The notes: generated from the sequence alone by a model not told the origin. Positions 29,001-38,898 are shown, numbered from the whole stretch's first letter. The stretch is DNA of 63,459 bases, filler included, from 3 parts of 3 records of this genome joined end to end with filler, not necessarily neighbours in it; one strand, 5' to 3'. Translations and numbers: made by a program.

Positions 29001-29767
29001 CCCGCCACCTGCGGCAGCATGCCGGGCGCGTCTCCGGCGCTCCATCCGCCATCGACGGGGATTTCGACGCCGGTGATGTAAGAGGCACCCTCGCCACACA
29101 GCATCAGCACCGGGGCCACGCAGTCCTCGGGCTGACCCTGCCGGCGCGCGGGGATCTTGGCGGTCACGGCGGCGCGGAAGGCCGGGTCGGCATAGCGGTC
29201 GCGGGTGCGGTCCGTCTCTATCGCGCCGGGGGCGATGGCGTTCAGCGTGACGCCCTGCGCGGCCACCTCGCGGGCAAGCGCCCGCAGCGCGGTGGTCTGC
29301 GCCGACTTCAGCGCGGCATAGGGCAGGGTCTCGGCCCGGGGCCGCGCAGCCATGATGCTGCCGACCGCGACGACCCGGCCCCAGCCCCGCTTGGCCATCG
29401 GCGGGACGAGATGCTGGCACAGGGTCAGCAGCGACCCGAGGTTGGCCGACAGATGATCCGTCAGCGTCGCGGGGGTGATCTCTTGCCACGGGCCGCGCCG
29501 CTCGATGGCGGCATTGGCGATCAGGATATCGACCGGCCCGCCCGCCAGCACCGCGCGGGCCAGCCCTTCGGCGGCCCCGGGGCGGGTGAAATCAGCCTCG
29601 AAACTCTCTGCTTCCAGCGTTTCGCGGGCGCCTTCGGCATTGCCGAGATGGTGCAGCACCACCGTGGCGCCCTGCGCCGCAAGGCCCCGGGCCAGTGCCC
29701 GCCCGATCCCGGTGTCGGCGCCGGTCACAAGGGCGCGGCGGCCCGAAAGGGGCAGGGCCTCAGCCAT
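28997..29767 (-). CDS. Short-chain dehydrogenase/reductase
   Basis: TGADTGIG, catalytic YAALK, NAIAPG, YITG..IPVDGG. Confidence 0.92.
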   Translation of the reverse strand: MAEALPLSGRRALVTGADTGIGRALARGLAAQGATVVLHHLGNAEGARETLEAESFEADFTRPGAAEGLARAVLAGGPVDILIANAAIERRGPWQEITPATLTDHLSANLGSLLTLCQHLVPPMAKRGWGRVVAVGSIMAARPRAETLPYAALKSAQTTALRALAREVAAQGVTLNAIAPGAIETDRTRDRYADPAFRAAVTAKIPARRQGQPEDCVAPVLMLCGEGASYITGVEIPVDGGWSAGDAPGMLPQVAG

Positions 29768-30515
29768 GGCTCGGCTCTCCCCCGGCGACTTCGAGGGACG
29801 CGATGTCGGCGGCTTCGTAATGGAGGGCGATCATGCGCACGGCGGTTTCGGCCTCGCCGTCGCGGATCGCGGCATAGAGGTCTTCGTGGCGGGCCACGGT
29901 GGCCTCCCAATCCGCGCGGGAGCGGCTGGAGCGGCGCGAGAACAGTTCCGAAACCTCGCGCTGGACAGAGCGCATCCCCTCGACCTGCATCCGGATCATG
30001 GTGTTGCCGGTCGCCATCGCCATGCCGAGGTGAAAGGCGATGTCGGCGGCGGTGAAGCGGTCGGGCTCACCCAGCCCGTCGTGCATCTCGGCCAGCGCGG
30101 CCTCCATCGTGGCAAGGCCCTCGGGATCGCGGCGTTCGGAGGCAAGTCGGGCGATGCCGGTCTCGACGAGGTGGCGCATCTCGTTGGCCTCGCGCAGCCG
30201 CGTCAGGCTGGAGCGCACGGCATAGCCGTAGATCCGGTCGAGCGGCTCGCCGGTGATCGCCTTGGCGCGGGCGACCTTGCCCTGCTGCGTCTGGATCAGG
30301 CCCGCGCCGGACAATTGCCGCAATGCCTCGCGGGCGATGGGTTTGCTGACGCCGAATTCCTTGGCGATCTCGCCCTCCGACGGCAGGGCGTCGCCGGTGG
30401 CGATGCGCCCGTCGAAAAGCGCCGCCGCGATGGCCTCGGACACGGTGTCCGCAAGGCGGGGCGGGGCGCTCAGCTTGGCGGCGAAGATCGGCTTTTCGGA
30501 TGGGTCGCTCGGCAT
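29760..30515 (-). CDS. GntR/FadR-family regulator
   Basis: LPSEGEIAKEFGVSKPIAREAL HTH; FCD domain ADIAFH. Confidence 0.92.
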   Translation of the reverse strand: MPSDPSEKPIFAAKLSAPPRLADTVSEAIAAALFDGRIATGDALPSEGEIAKEFGVSKPIAREALRQLSGAGLIQTQQGKVARAKAITGEPLDRIYGYAVRSSLTRLREANEMRHLVETGIARLASERRDPEGLATMEAALAEMHDGLGEPDRFTAADIAFHLGMAMATGNTMIRMQVEGMRSVQREVSELFSRRSSRSRADWEATVARHEDLYAAIRDGEAETAVRMIALHYEAADIASLEVAGGEPSHG

Positions 30516-30557
30516 CTCGGATCCTTCTGATTCCCTACTTGGTAGCGGACACCTTTC

Positions 30558-30588
30558 AACTTAGCAACTAAGTTTGTTAGTTGCCAAG
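30558..30588. promoter_or_regulatory. Overlapping dyads in the divergent promoter (candidate GntR operator)
   Basis: AACTTAG-CAA-CTAAGTT and CTTAGCAACTAA-N5-TTAGTTGCCAAG. Confidence 0.55.
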
Positions 30589-30653
30589 AAGTCAGGTTTG
30601 CGGATACGGTCGGGGCGCGCCGGCTCTGCCGCTGCGCAAGAGGAGGAGAATTC

Positions 30654-31814
30654 GTGCAATCCCTGAACGACGGTGAGACCCACCGCATCGCCGAGGTCAT
30701 CGCGCATCCGCTGACCCACAGGCTGCCCGCCCCGACGCAGACGTCATGGGGGCGCTACGACAGGATCTCGATCATGCTGGTCGAGGTCCGCACCGACACC
30801 GGCCTGACCGGCTTTGGCGAAACGCTGGCCCGCTTCGCGCCCTGCGCCTATGCGGATCTGGTCGAGTCGGCGCTGGCGCCGCGCCTCATCGGGCGGGATG
30901 CCCGCGACATCGGCGCCAACTGGGCGCTGATGCGCCGCGCGCTGTCCGGCCGGGCCGGCGGCATGTTGATAGAGGCCATCTCGGGCGTGGATATCGCGCT
31001 TTGGGACATCGCAGGGCAGGCAGCGGGCCTGCCGGTCTGGCGGTTGCTCCACGGCGAGGCGCGGACCTCGGTCCCGGTCTACGCGGCCTCGGTCAACTGG
31101 GGCGACGACGATGCGGCGGCGGCAGAGGCCGCACGAGGCTATGTCGCGCGGGGGTTCCGCAGCCTGAAGGTCAAGATCGGCACGCCGGTCGCCAAGGCCT
31201 GCCGCCGGATCGCGGCCATCCGCGAAGCGGTCGGTGCACAGATCGAACTGACCGCCGACGCCAATTGGGCCTATGACCTCGACAGCGCCCTGACCGTGGG
31301 CCGCGCGCTCGAAGCGCACGGCTACGCGTGGTTCGAGGAACCCGTCCGGCCCGAGGACGAGGCGGGCTACCGTCTGCTGCGGGCGCGCCTCTCGGTGCCG
31401 CTGGCCGCCGGGGAAAGCAACTACACGCTGGATCAGGCGACGCCGCTGGTCATGGACCGCACCCTGTCGGTCCTGCAACCCAACATCACCCGCTCCGGCG
31501 GCATCACCGAAACCCTGCGCATGGCCCGTCTCGCGGCCAGCCATGACATCGGCTACGCGCCCCATGTGGGCATGTCGGGGATCATCTGCGAAGCGGCCAG
31601 CCTGCACGTCGCGGCGGCCATGCCGAACACGCGGATCATGGAATGCCCCTGCAACCCGAACCTCTTCAAATCCGACCTCGCCGACCTCGAACCGGGCGGG
31701 GTGCGCGCCCGTGACGGACAGCTTGCGGTGCCGCAGGGGCCGGGTCTTGGGCTGACCGTCGACCGGGACGCGCTGGAGCGGATGAAGGCGCTGGCTCTGG
31801 AGGAGGTCGCATGA
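30654..31814 (+). CDS. Enolase-superfamily (mandelate racemase subgroup) dehydratase/epimerase, copy 1
   Basis: SGVDIALWDI, KVK, DAN, WFEEP, AGES, QPN, APH, PGLG. Confidence 0.9.
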   Translation: MQSLNDGETHRIAEVIAHPLTHRLPAPTQTSWGRYDRISIMLVEVRTDTGLTGFGETLARFAPCAYADLVESALAPRLIGRDARDIGANWALMRRALSGRAGGMLIEAISGVDIALWDIAGQAAGLPVWRLLHGEARTSVPVYAASVNWGDDDAAAAEAARGYVARGFRSLKVKIGTPVAKACRRIAAIREAVGAQIELTADANWAYDLDSALTVGRALEAHGYAWFEEPVRPEDEAGYRLLRARLSVPLAAGESNYTLDQATPLVMDRTLSVLQPNITRSGGITETLRMARLAASHDIGYAPHVGMSGIICEAASLHVAAAMPNTRIMECPCNPNLFKSDLADLEPGGVRARDGQLAVPQGPGLGLTVDRDALERMKALALEEVA

Positions 31815-32950
31815 AGGACGCAATCGCAGCCGACATCCACATCACCGACGTGATCGCCCATCCGCTGACGCAGCACCTGCCGCGCCCGACGGTGACGTCC
31901 TGGGGCAGCTACGACCGCGTGTCGATGGTGCTGGTTGAGGTCCGCACCGACGCGGGCCTTGTCGGCGTGGGCGAGACGCTGGGCCGCTTCGCTCCGCGCG
32001 CCTATGCCCGCCTGATCGAGACGGCGCTGAAGCCGCGCCTCGTCGGCCAGTCCGCCGCCGCCATCGGCACCCATTGGGCGACGATGCGGCGCGCGCTGTC
32101 GGGCCGCGCCGGGGGCGTGCTGGTCGAGGCCATGTCGGGCGTGGACATCGCGCTCTGGGACATCCTCGGCAAGGCCGCCGGCCTGCCCATCGCCACGCTG
32201 CTGGGCGGCATGAACCGGTCCGAGATCGACGTCTACGCCGCGGCGGTCAACTGGGGCCCCATCCCCGAGATGGAGGCCGAGCTCGAGGCGCTGATCGCGC
32301 AGGGCTTCCCGCTCATCAAGGTCAAGATGGCCCGCCCGGTGGACGAGGCGATCGCCCGGATCGAGGCCATGCGCCGGGTCGCGGGCGACCGCGTGGCGCT
32401 TTGCGTCGATGCCAACTGGGCCTACGGGCTGGACGAGGCGGTCGAGGTGGGCCGCGCGCTGGCCGCGAACGACTACGTATGGTTCGAAGAGCCGCTCGCC
32501 CCCGAGAACGAACAGGGCTACGAGGAACTCCGCCGCCGCTGCGACGTGCCTCTTGCGGCGGGAGAAAGCAACTTCACCGTCGATCAGGCCAAGCGGCTGG
32601 TGACCTCGCGCACCCTGTCCGTGCTTCAACCGGACGTGGCCCGCGCGGGCGGCATCACCGAAACGCGCCGCATGGCCGATCTCGCCGCCGCCTTCGACGT
32701 GGCCTACGCGCCGCACATCGGCATGTCGGGCATCATCTGCGAGACCGCCTCCGTCCACCTTTCCGCCGCCATGCCGAACTTTCGCGTGATGGAATGCGAA
32801 GGCGACCGCAGCGCCTTCAAGACGCAGATCGCCGACCTTGCGCCGGGCTGCCTGCGCCAGAAGGGCGGCAAGCTGGACGTGCCGACCGGACCGGGCCTTG
32901 GCCTGACCATCGACTGGGACGCCGTGGCGCACCTGCGGACCCCCGAATGA
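31811..32950 (+). CDS. Enolase-superfamily (mandelate racemase subgroup) dehydratase/epimerase, copy 2
   Basis: SGVDIALWDI, KVK, DAN, WFEEP, AGES, QPD, APH; ATGA overlap with copy 1. Confidence 0.9.
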   Translation: MKDAIAADIHITDVIAHPLTQHLPRPTVTSWGSYDRVSMVLVEVRTDAGLVGVGETLGRFAPRAYARLIETALKPRLVGQSAAAIGTHWATMRRALSGRAGGVLVEAMSGVDIALWDILGKAAGLPIATLLGGMNRSEIDVYAAAVNWGPIPEMEAELEALIAQGFPLIKVKMARPVDEAIARIEAMRRVAGDRVALCVDANWAYGLDEAVEVGRALAANDYVWFEEPLAPENEQGYEELRRRCDVPLAAGESNFTVDQAKRLVTSRTLSVLQPDVARAGGITETRRMADLAAAFDVAYAPHIGMSGIICETASVHLSAAMPNFRVMECEGDRSAFKTQIADLAPGCLRQKGGKLDVPTGPGLGLTIDWDAVAHLRTPE

Positions 32951-33876
32951 ACGACCCCGAGGATAGACGAATGAACCATACCGCCCCCGACGGGGACTTC
33001 GAAGCCCATCTCCTGCGCGCCCTGCGCCTGTCGGACCCGAACCTCAGCCGGTTCGATCCCATGCGGCGCATCATCAGCCACGACGATTTCTCGCGCGGGC
33101 ATTGCGGCTGGTCGCAGCTTGTCGGCAATTACGAGGACACGCTGGACACCATGCTGCCCGGCTACGCGCAGCACACCAGCGCCATGCTCTCGACGCTGGG
33201 GCATTGGGACGCCGGCTCTCACGGCGGCGTCGACAGCAGCTACGCGTTGAAGATCGCCACCCGCCCGCGCGCCGGAGCGCAGAACGTCGCCATCAAGCGG
33301 CTGGCCATGCGGCACCGCGGCCCGATCCGCTTCGAGGCCTATGTGACCTTCAAGCCCGAGGCGACGGAGCTGAAGCTGGGCGACACCGACGTGCGGTCCT
33401 TCGGCTTCCTCTTCGACCTGCAGGGCGGCGACACCGACGCCGGGGTCGAACGGGTCATGCCGCACATGCGCTTTCTGAACGCCTCCGGGGGCGAGCACGT
33501 CCAGAAGTGGCAGTTCAAGTCCCGCACCGCCGAAATGCTGGACATCGGCGACGAGGCCAAGACCAACAGCCACTACCACCTTGCCCCCGAGGGCTGGGAG
33601 GATCTGCCCGGCGGCGACCAGCGGCTGTGCTACAACGAGATCGCGACCAAGGTGAACTGGTCCTACCTGCGCTTCGACTTCGACCTTGCCGAGATGAAGG
33701 CGCTGGCCTTCCAGTGCAACGACCGCGAATTCGACGTCTCAGGGTTCGAGCCGATGCGCATTCCGGCGATGAAGAACCTCTGGTGCATGTTGAACTTCTG
33801 CATGTTCGCGGAAACCGACGTGGACAAGCGCGCCTTTCTGTATGTCGATTCAGTCTGCATCTCGGGGGATTTCTGA
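32947..33876 (+). CDS. Protein of unknown function (probable beta-jelly-roll, no signal peptide)
   Basis: ATGA overlap with the enolase stop, high-GC codon usage, HDDF...W start and FLYVDSVCIS end. Confidence 0.8.
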   Translation: MNDPEDRRMNHTAPDGDFEAHLLRALRLSDPNLSRFDPMRRIISHDDFSRGHCGWSQLVGNYEDTLDTMLPGYAQHTSAMLSTLGHWDAGSHGGVDSSYALKIATRPRAGAQNVAIKRLAMRHRGPIRFEAYVTFKPEATELKLGDTDVRSFGFLFDLQGGDTDAGVERVMPHMRFLNASGGEHVQKWQFKSRTAEMLDIGDEAKTNSHYHLAPEGWEDLPGGDQRLCYNEIATKVNWSYLRFDFDLAEMKALAFQCNDREFDVSGFEPMRIPAMKNLWCMLNFCMFAETDVDKRAFLYVDSVCISGDF

Positions 33877-34211
33877 TGCTGCCGGAGAACATCACCGCCG
33901 TCGTCGCCCGCAACGAGCGCTGGACCGGCGAGGCCGCCACCCAGCCCTTCGAGGCCGGATGGGCCCGCGAGGCCATCCTCTTCGTGCGCGCCCTGAAGCC
34001 GCCGAAGGGAGAGCAGCCCGAAGCAGTCGTCGAGATATCGCCCGACGGCATGCATTGGGTCGCCGAAGGCTCCACCCTGCGGATGCCGGCGGATCAGGAC
34101 GCGGTCGTCGCGGTGCGCCTGTCGCATTTCGGCAACTGGCTGCGCCTGCGCGCGGATTTCGCCGAAGGCTCGGAGTCGACGGTCCTCGTCTCGCTGCACC
34201 TGAAGGCCTGA
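33876..34211 (+). CDS. Small protein of unknown function (111 aa, beta-rich)
   Basis: TGATG coupling to the previous gene; VEISPDG.HW, FGNWLRL. Confidence 0.75.
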   Translation: MLPENITAVVARNERWTGEAATQPFEAGWAREAILFVRALKPPKGEQPEAVVEISPDGMHWVAEGSTLRMPADQDAVVAVRLSHFGNWLRLRADFAEGSESTVLVSLHLKA

Positions 34212-34361
34212 CGGGTCCGCACCCCGGGTCGCGCCCAGATTCTCCGACGAAGGGAGCCACGGCCTCGTCTGCCCCGGCAGGCGGGGCCAAAGCCATGCCG
34301 GGCCGCCGGCCGCGCGACCCCTCAGCGCGGGGGGATGGCGGCGAGTCGGCGGTCCTGCAAA

Positions 34362-34378
34362 AAGTGGTCTGACCAATG
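34362..34378. promoter_or_regulatory. FadR-subfamily (LldR/PdhR-like) operator
   Basis: AAGTGGTC-T-GACCAATG matches TGGTCnGACCA, upstream of a FadR gene. Confidence 0.7.
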
Positions 34379-34540
34379 TGGCGTCTGGGACGGCGACTTG
34401 CTGGTCTAATTGTTCTATTATTATCAGATATTTATATCCTTGATCCAACACCCGCCGTCCGAAAAATCACCCTCTCGCATCCATCTGATCTTGCCGCTTC
34501 ATGCAGTGTTCGACCAATCTGGACGCAGGGGAGGACAGGC

Positions 34541-35296
34541 ATGGACCGCGTTGCAAACAATCAGCCGGAGGTCGAGAAGGGCGGTGAACGCATCGTCGCC
34601 TATTTCATGACCCGGCTGCGCGAGGGCAGCCTGAAGCTGGGCGACCGCCTGCCGTCCGAGCGCGACCTTGCCCGGGACCTCGGGGTCGGCCGTCCGCTCT
34701 TGCGCGAGGTCATGCGCTCGCTCTCGATGCTGGGCGTGCTGGACATCCGCCACGGCTCCGGCGCCTATGTCGGCAAGGTCGATATCGGGCTGATGTCGGA
34801 TTTCTTCACCTTCTGCCTCTCGCAGGAGCAGGACGTGCTGGACGACGTCCTTCAGGCCCGCATCGCCATCGAATGTCAGGCGATCCGGCTGGCCTGTTCG
34901 CGGGCGAACGAACGCGACCTCGCCCGCATCAGCCAGTGGCTGAACGTGCTGCTGCACACGCTGGACGACCCCGAAAAGGGCGGCCAAGCCGATTTCATGT
35001 TCCATCAGGCGGTCGTCGCCGCCAGCCATTCGCGGTCCCTCATCGTGCTGCACGGCGCGCTGGCGGACCTGTTGAAACAAAGCCATGTGGAACGCCGCCG
35101 CACCTACCGCAGCGGCCCGATCATGCAGGATTTGGTGGAGGCGCATCGCGATGTGTTTCTGTCAATCGTGGGGAAGGATCCCGACAAGGCCGACCAACGG
35201 CTGCGGGAGCATTTCGCCATCGGCGACGAGTTGCGTCGCCAAAGCCTGATATCCGAGTACGAACGCAAGGACTTTCGGGCACCGCACACGACCTGA
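34541..35296 (+). CDS. GntR/FadR-family regulator
   Basis: RLPSERDLARDLGVGRPLLRE, RHGSGAYV, ADFMFH; RBS GGAGG. Confidence 0.92.
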   Translation: MDRVANNQPEVEKGGERIVAYFMTRLREGSLKLGDRLPSERDLARDLGVGRPLLREVMRSLSMLGVLDIRHGSGAYVGKVDIGLMSDFFTFCLSQEQDVLDDVLQARIAIECQAIRLACSRANERDLARISQWLNVLLHTLDDPEKGGQADFMFHQAVVAASHSRSLIVLHGALADLLKQSHVERRRTYRSGPIMQDLVEAHRDVFLSIVGKDPDKADQRLREHFAIGDELRRQSLISEYERKDFRAPHTT

Positions 35297-35319
35297 CGAC
35301 ACAAAAACCGGAGGAGAGA

Positions 35320-36309
35320 ATGTTTCACGCATCCACCCGGCGGCTGATGGCCGCCGCCGCAATCGGCCTGCTTGGCACCCAGGCCACCGCCGCCGATCTG
35401 CGCTATGCCCACGTCGGCGCCGAGGGCGACTTCCAGACCCGTTTCGCCGCCGAGGCCGCCGAAGAGATCGGCACCGCCACCAATGGCGACGTGACGATCA
35501 ACGTCTTCCCGGCCAGCCAGCTTGGCAACGTGGCCGAGATGGTCGACGGGGTGAAGCTGGGCTCGATCCACATGGGGCATCACGACTTCGCCTCGCTGGC
35601 CCGCATCGTGCCCGAGATCGCGGTCTTCAACGCGCCCTTCATCTACCGTGACGGCGCCCATGCGCTGGCCGCGACCGACCCTGCCACCTCCGAGGCGCTG
35701 ATCGCGCTGAACGAGCGGCTGGTCGAAGAGGGCGGTGTCCGCGTCATCGGCCGCATCTATCGCGGCGCGCGCCACATCTCGTCCAACTTCGAGATCAAGT
35801 CGCCGGACGACATGACCGGAAAGCCCTTCCGCGCCGTGCCGCTGGACCTGTGGATTTCCATGATCAAGGGCATGGGCGCCACGCCGACCCCGGTCGAGGT
35901 CAGCGAACTGCCGACCGCGCTGATGACCGGCCTCGTGGTGGGTCAGGAAAACCCGCTGACCATGATCTCGGCCAACGCGCTGCATGAGGTGCAAAGCCAC
36001 GTCGCCATGACCGGCCACATGCAATCCGTGCTGGCGGTCTTCGTGAACGAGAAAGCGTGGCAGGGCCTGACCGAAGAGCAGCGCGCGGCGATCACCAAGG
36101 TGCTCGACGACAAGGCGCAACAGTCGCTGCAATGGGCGCAGGAGTCCGAGGCCGACCTGATCACCGAGCTCGAGGGCAAGGGAATGGTCTTCACCACCGA
36201 GGACAACGGTCTCGACCTCGCGGCCTTCCGCGACAAGGTTCTGCCGCAGATCACCGCGGACTTCCCCGAGTACGAAGATTACATCGCGCAGATTGCCGCG
36301 GTGGAATGA
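35320..36309 (+). CDS. dctP: TRAP transporter substrate-binding protein
   Basis: Signal peptide, FPASQLG, GKPFRA, GATPTP, GQENP. Confidence 0.9.
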   Translation: MFHASTRRLMAAAAIGLLGTQATAADLRYAHVGAEGDFQTRFAAEAAEEIGTATNGDVTINVFPASQLGNVAEMVDGVKLGSIHMGHHDFASLARIVPEIAVFNAPFIYRDGAHALAATDPATSEALIALNERLVEEGGVRVIGRIYRGARHISSNFEIKSPDDMTGKPFRAVPLDLWISMIKGMGATPTPVEVSELPTALMTGLVVGQENPLTMISANALHEVQSHVAMTGHMQSVLAVFVNEKAWQGLTEEQRAAITKVLDDKAQQSLQWAQESEADLITELEGKGMVFTTEDNGLDLAAFRDKVLPQITADFPEYEDYIAQIAAVE

Positions 36310-36361
36310 CCCCTGCGCGGGCCGGGCATCACGCCCCGGCCCGCACCAGACCGGAGGCGAC

Positions 36362-36811
36362 ATGACCCGACCCCTGCAAATCCTCTGCGTGCTTCTCGTG
36401 GCGGCCCTCGTGGTGACGCCCTTCGCGCAGGTCATCATGCGCGGCGTCTTCGGCCGCGCCATGATCGGCGCCGAGGAACTGACCCGCGTGCTGCTGATCG
36501 CCTCCGTCTTCGTGTCCTACCCGCTGGTGGTGGCGGCGCGCGAGAACATCGGCATGACGGAAATCCGCGACGCCCTGCCAAGCCCCGCCCCGCGCCTGCT
36601 GGCTCTGATCAACACGCTGATCGGTCTGGGCATTTCCGTGACCATGGCGGTGATCACCGTGCAGAACATTTCCGGCAACATGCGCAACGCGACGCCGACG
36701 CTGGGCATCCCCTTCTGGCTGTTCCTCGGCGCCGCCGGTCTGGGTTTCGCGGGGGCCGCCGTCTACCACGCGCGCCGCTTCGTGATCCAGCTCAAGACGG
36801 GGGAGCTGTGA
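36362..36811 (+). CDS. dctQ: TRAP transporter small permease
   Basis: QVIMR...AEELTR, four TM, TPTLGIP. Confidence 0.88.
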   Translation: MTRPLQILCVLLVAALVVTPFAQVIMRGVFGRAMIGAEELTRVLLIASVFVSYPLVVAARENIGMTEIRDALPSPAPRLLALINTLIGLGISVTMAVITVQNISGNMRNATPTLGIPFWLFLGAAGLGFAGAAVYHARRFVIQLKTGEL

Positions 36812-36812
36812 C

Positions 36813-38087
36813 ATGGGTCTCGTCCTGATCTTCCTCTTCCTGATCCTCTTCATGCTGGGCGTGCGGGTGGTCTATGCGATCCTGCTGCCCTCGATCCTTT
36901 ACGTCTTCATCGAAGGCCTGCCGCCGGGGATGCTGGCGCAGCGCGTGACCTATGCGCTCGACAGCTTTCCGCTGGTGGCGGTGCCGGTCTTCATCTTCGT
37001 CGGCAACCTGATGAACCTGTCCGGCGTGACCGACCGCATCTTCAGGTTCGCCGATACGCTGGTGGGCCGGGTGCCGGGCGGGCTGGCGCAGGTCAACATC
37101 TTCTCCAGCCTGATCTTCTCGGGCATGTCGGGCGCGGCCTTGGCCGATATCGGCGGCCTCGGCCGGATCGAGATCGACGCCATGAAGAAGCGCGGCTTCT
37201 CCGGCCCCTTCGCGGGGGCGGTCACGGCGGCCTCGGCGGTGGTGGGGCCGATCTTTCCGCCCTCGATCCCGCTGATCGTCTACGGCTCCGTCACCAGCGT
37301 CTCGATCATCCAGCTTCTGATCGCGGGCATCGTCCCGGCGCTGATCTGCATCGTTCTGCTGATGCTCACCGCCTTCGCCATCGCGCTTGTGCAGGACATG
37401 CCGCGCGCCGAGCGCTGGCCCACGGTCGGAGAGGTCTTTGCCGCGCTCTGGCCCGCGCTGCCCGCCATGCTGGCGCCGGTGCTGATGATCGCGGGCATGA
37501 TGCTGGGATGGTTCACGCCGACCGAGGCGGCGAGCGTCACGGCGGTCTATGTCATCCTCATCGCGCTCTTCTTCTACCGAGAGCTGACATGGGCGCACCT
37601 CTGGACCGCGACGGTCAACACGGCGCTCTCGACCAGCGCGATCCTCATTATCGTGGCGGCGGCCTCCATGTTCGGCTGGATCCTCGCGGTCGAACAGATC
37701 CCGCAGGATTTCGCGAAGTTCATCCTGCAATTCGCCTCCAGCCCCATCGTCCTGCTGCTGATCGCCAACCTGATCTTCTTCATCGCGGGCATGTTCCTCG
37801 ACTCGACGACGGCGACGCTTCTGGTGGTGCCGATCATCGCGCCGCCGCTGGTGGCGGCGGGGATCGACCCGGTGCATCTGGGCATCATCGTGATCTTCAA
37901 CCTGATGCTGGGCTTGCTGACGCCGCCCATGGGCCTGTCGCTGTTCCTTGTGTCGTCGATCGCCAAGGTCAGCCTGCGGCAACTGCTGGTGGCGCTGCTG
38001 CCCTTTTATGTGCCGCTGCTTCTGTGCCTCGGCATCATCACCTTCGCCGAGGATCTCGTCCTCTGGCTGCCGCGCATGTTGCGCTGA
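36813..38087 (+). CDS. dctM: TRAP transporter large permease
   Basis: FPLVAVPVFI, FSGMSG, PPSIPLI, FTPTEA, GIDPVHLG, LTPPMG. Confidence 0.93.
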   Translation: MGLVLIFLFLILFMLGVRVVYAILLPSILYVFIEGLPPGMLAQRVTYALDSFPLVAVPVFIFVGNLMNLSGVTDRIFRFADTLVGRVPGGLAQVNIFSSLIFSGMSGAALADIGGLGRIEIDAMKKRGFSGPFAGAVTAASAVVGPIFPPSIPLIVYGSVTSVSIIQLLIAGIVPALICIVLLMLTAFAIALVQDMPRAERWPTVGEVFAALWPALPAMLAPVLMIAGMMLGWFTPTEAASVTAVYVILIALFFYRELTWAHLWTATVNTALSTSAILIIVAAASMFGWILAVEQIPQDFAKFILQFASSPIVLLLIANLIFFIAGMFLDSTTATLLVVPIIAPPLVAAGIDPVHLGIIVIFNLMLGLLTPPMGLSLFLVSSIAKVSLRQLLVALLPFYVPLLLCLGIITFAEDLVLWLPRMLR

Positions 38088-38109
38088 GACTTTTAACACG
38101 GAGACTGAC

Positions 38110-38559
38110 ATGAAAATCGTTATCGGATCGGATCACGCGGGTTTCCCGATGAAGGCGGGGGTGATCGAGACCATCCGCGCCGAGGGGCACGAGGTCACGG
38201 ACGTGGGCTCCTACGACCCGGCGCCGGTGGATTTCCCCGACATCGCGCGGGCGCTGTGCGAGAAGATCCTGAACGGCGAGGCAGAGCGCGGGCTTCTGGT
38301 CTGCGGCACCGGCGTCGGCGCGGTGATCGCGGCGAACAAGGTTCCGGGCATCCGCGCCTCAGTCTGCCACGACGCCCATTCGGCGCATCAATGCGTCGAA
38401 CATGACGACGTGAACGTCATGTGCATCGGGGCGCAGATCATCGGGCCGTGGCTGGCGGCGGACCTCGTGCGGTCCTTCCTCACGGCAGAGTTCTCGACGG
38501 ACCTCGATTGCCGCCGCCGCGTCGAGAAGCTGAACGCCATGGACCTCGCCCGGGGCTGA
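38110..38559 (+). CDS. rpiB: RpiB/LacAB-family sugar(-phosphate) isomerase
   Basis: GSDHAG, CGTGVG, ANKVPGIRA. Confidence 0.8.
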   Translation: MKIVIGSDHAGFPMKAGVIETIRAEGHEVTDVGSYDPAPVDFPDIARALCEKILNGEAERGLLVCGTGVGAVIAANKVPGIRASVCHDAHSAHQCVEHDDVNVMCIGAQIIGPWLAADLVRSFLTAEFSTDLDCRRRVEKLNAMDLARG

Positions 38560-38898
38560 CCCATCCCCCGAGAGGGTCAAACAGCCCTCGACCGATGGAC
38601 GAGGCTGTCCGAACCCGGCCCATCCGCGCCCGCCGCATGCCCAACCGGCGTGGGGTGCGGCGCCCCGGGCGGGGGGCCTCGTTCGCCGCCTCCGGATAAC
38701 CCCCCGCTCGCGTCCGGCACCTGACTCGTCCCGAACCGGCTTGGGGCGAGGGCACCGCGTCTGAAACGCGGGCATACCCACCCCCACAGGCCCGACGCGT
38801 GACAGGTCAACGAAATACTCTGAAACGATTGCCCCCTCGGGACCGCGCACTACCGTGACCTCCAGAAATCCTTCGTCTTTTCAGGAAAGGTGGTCCCG

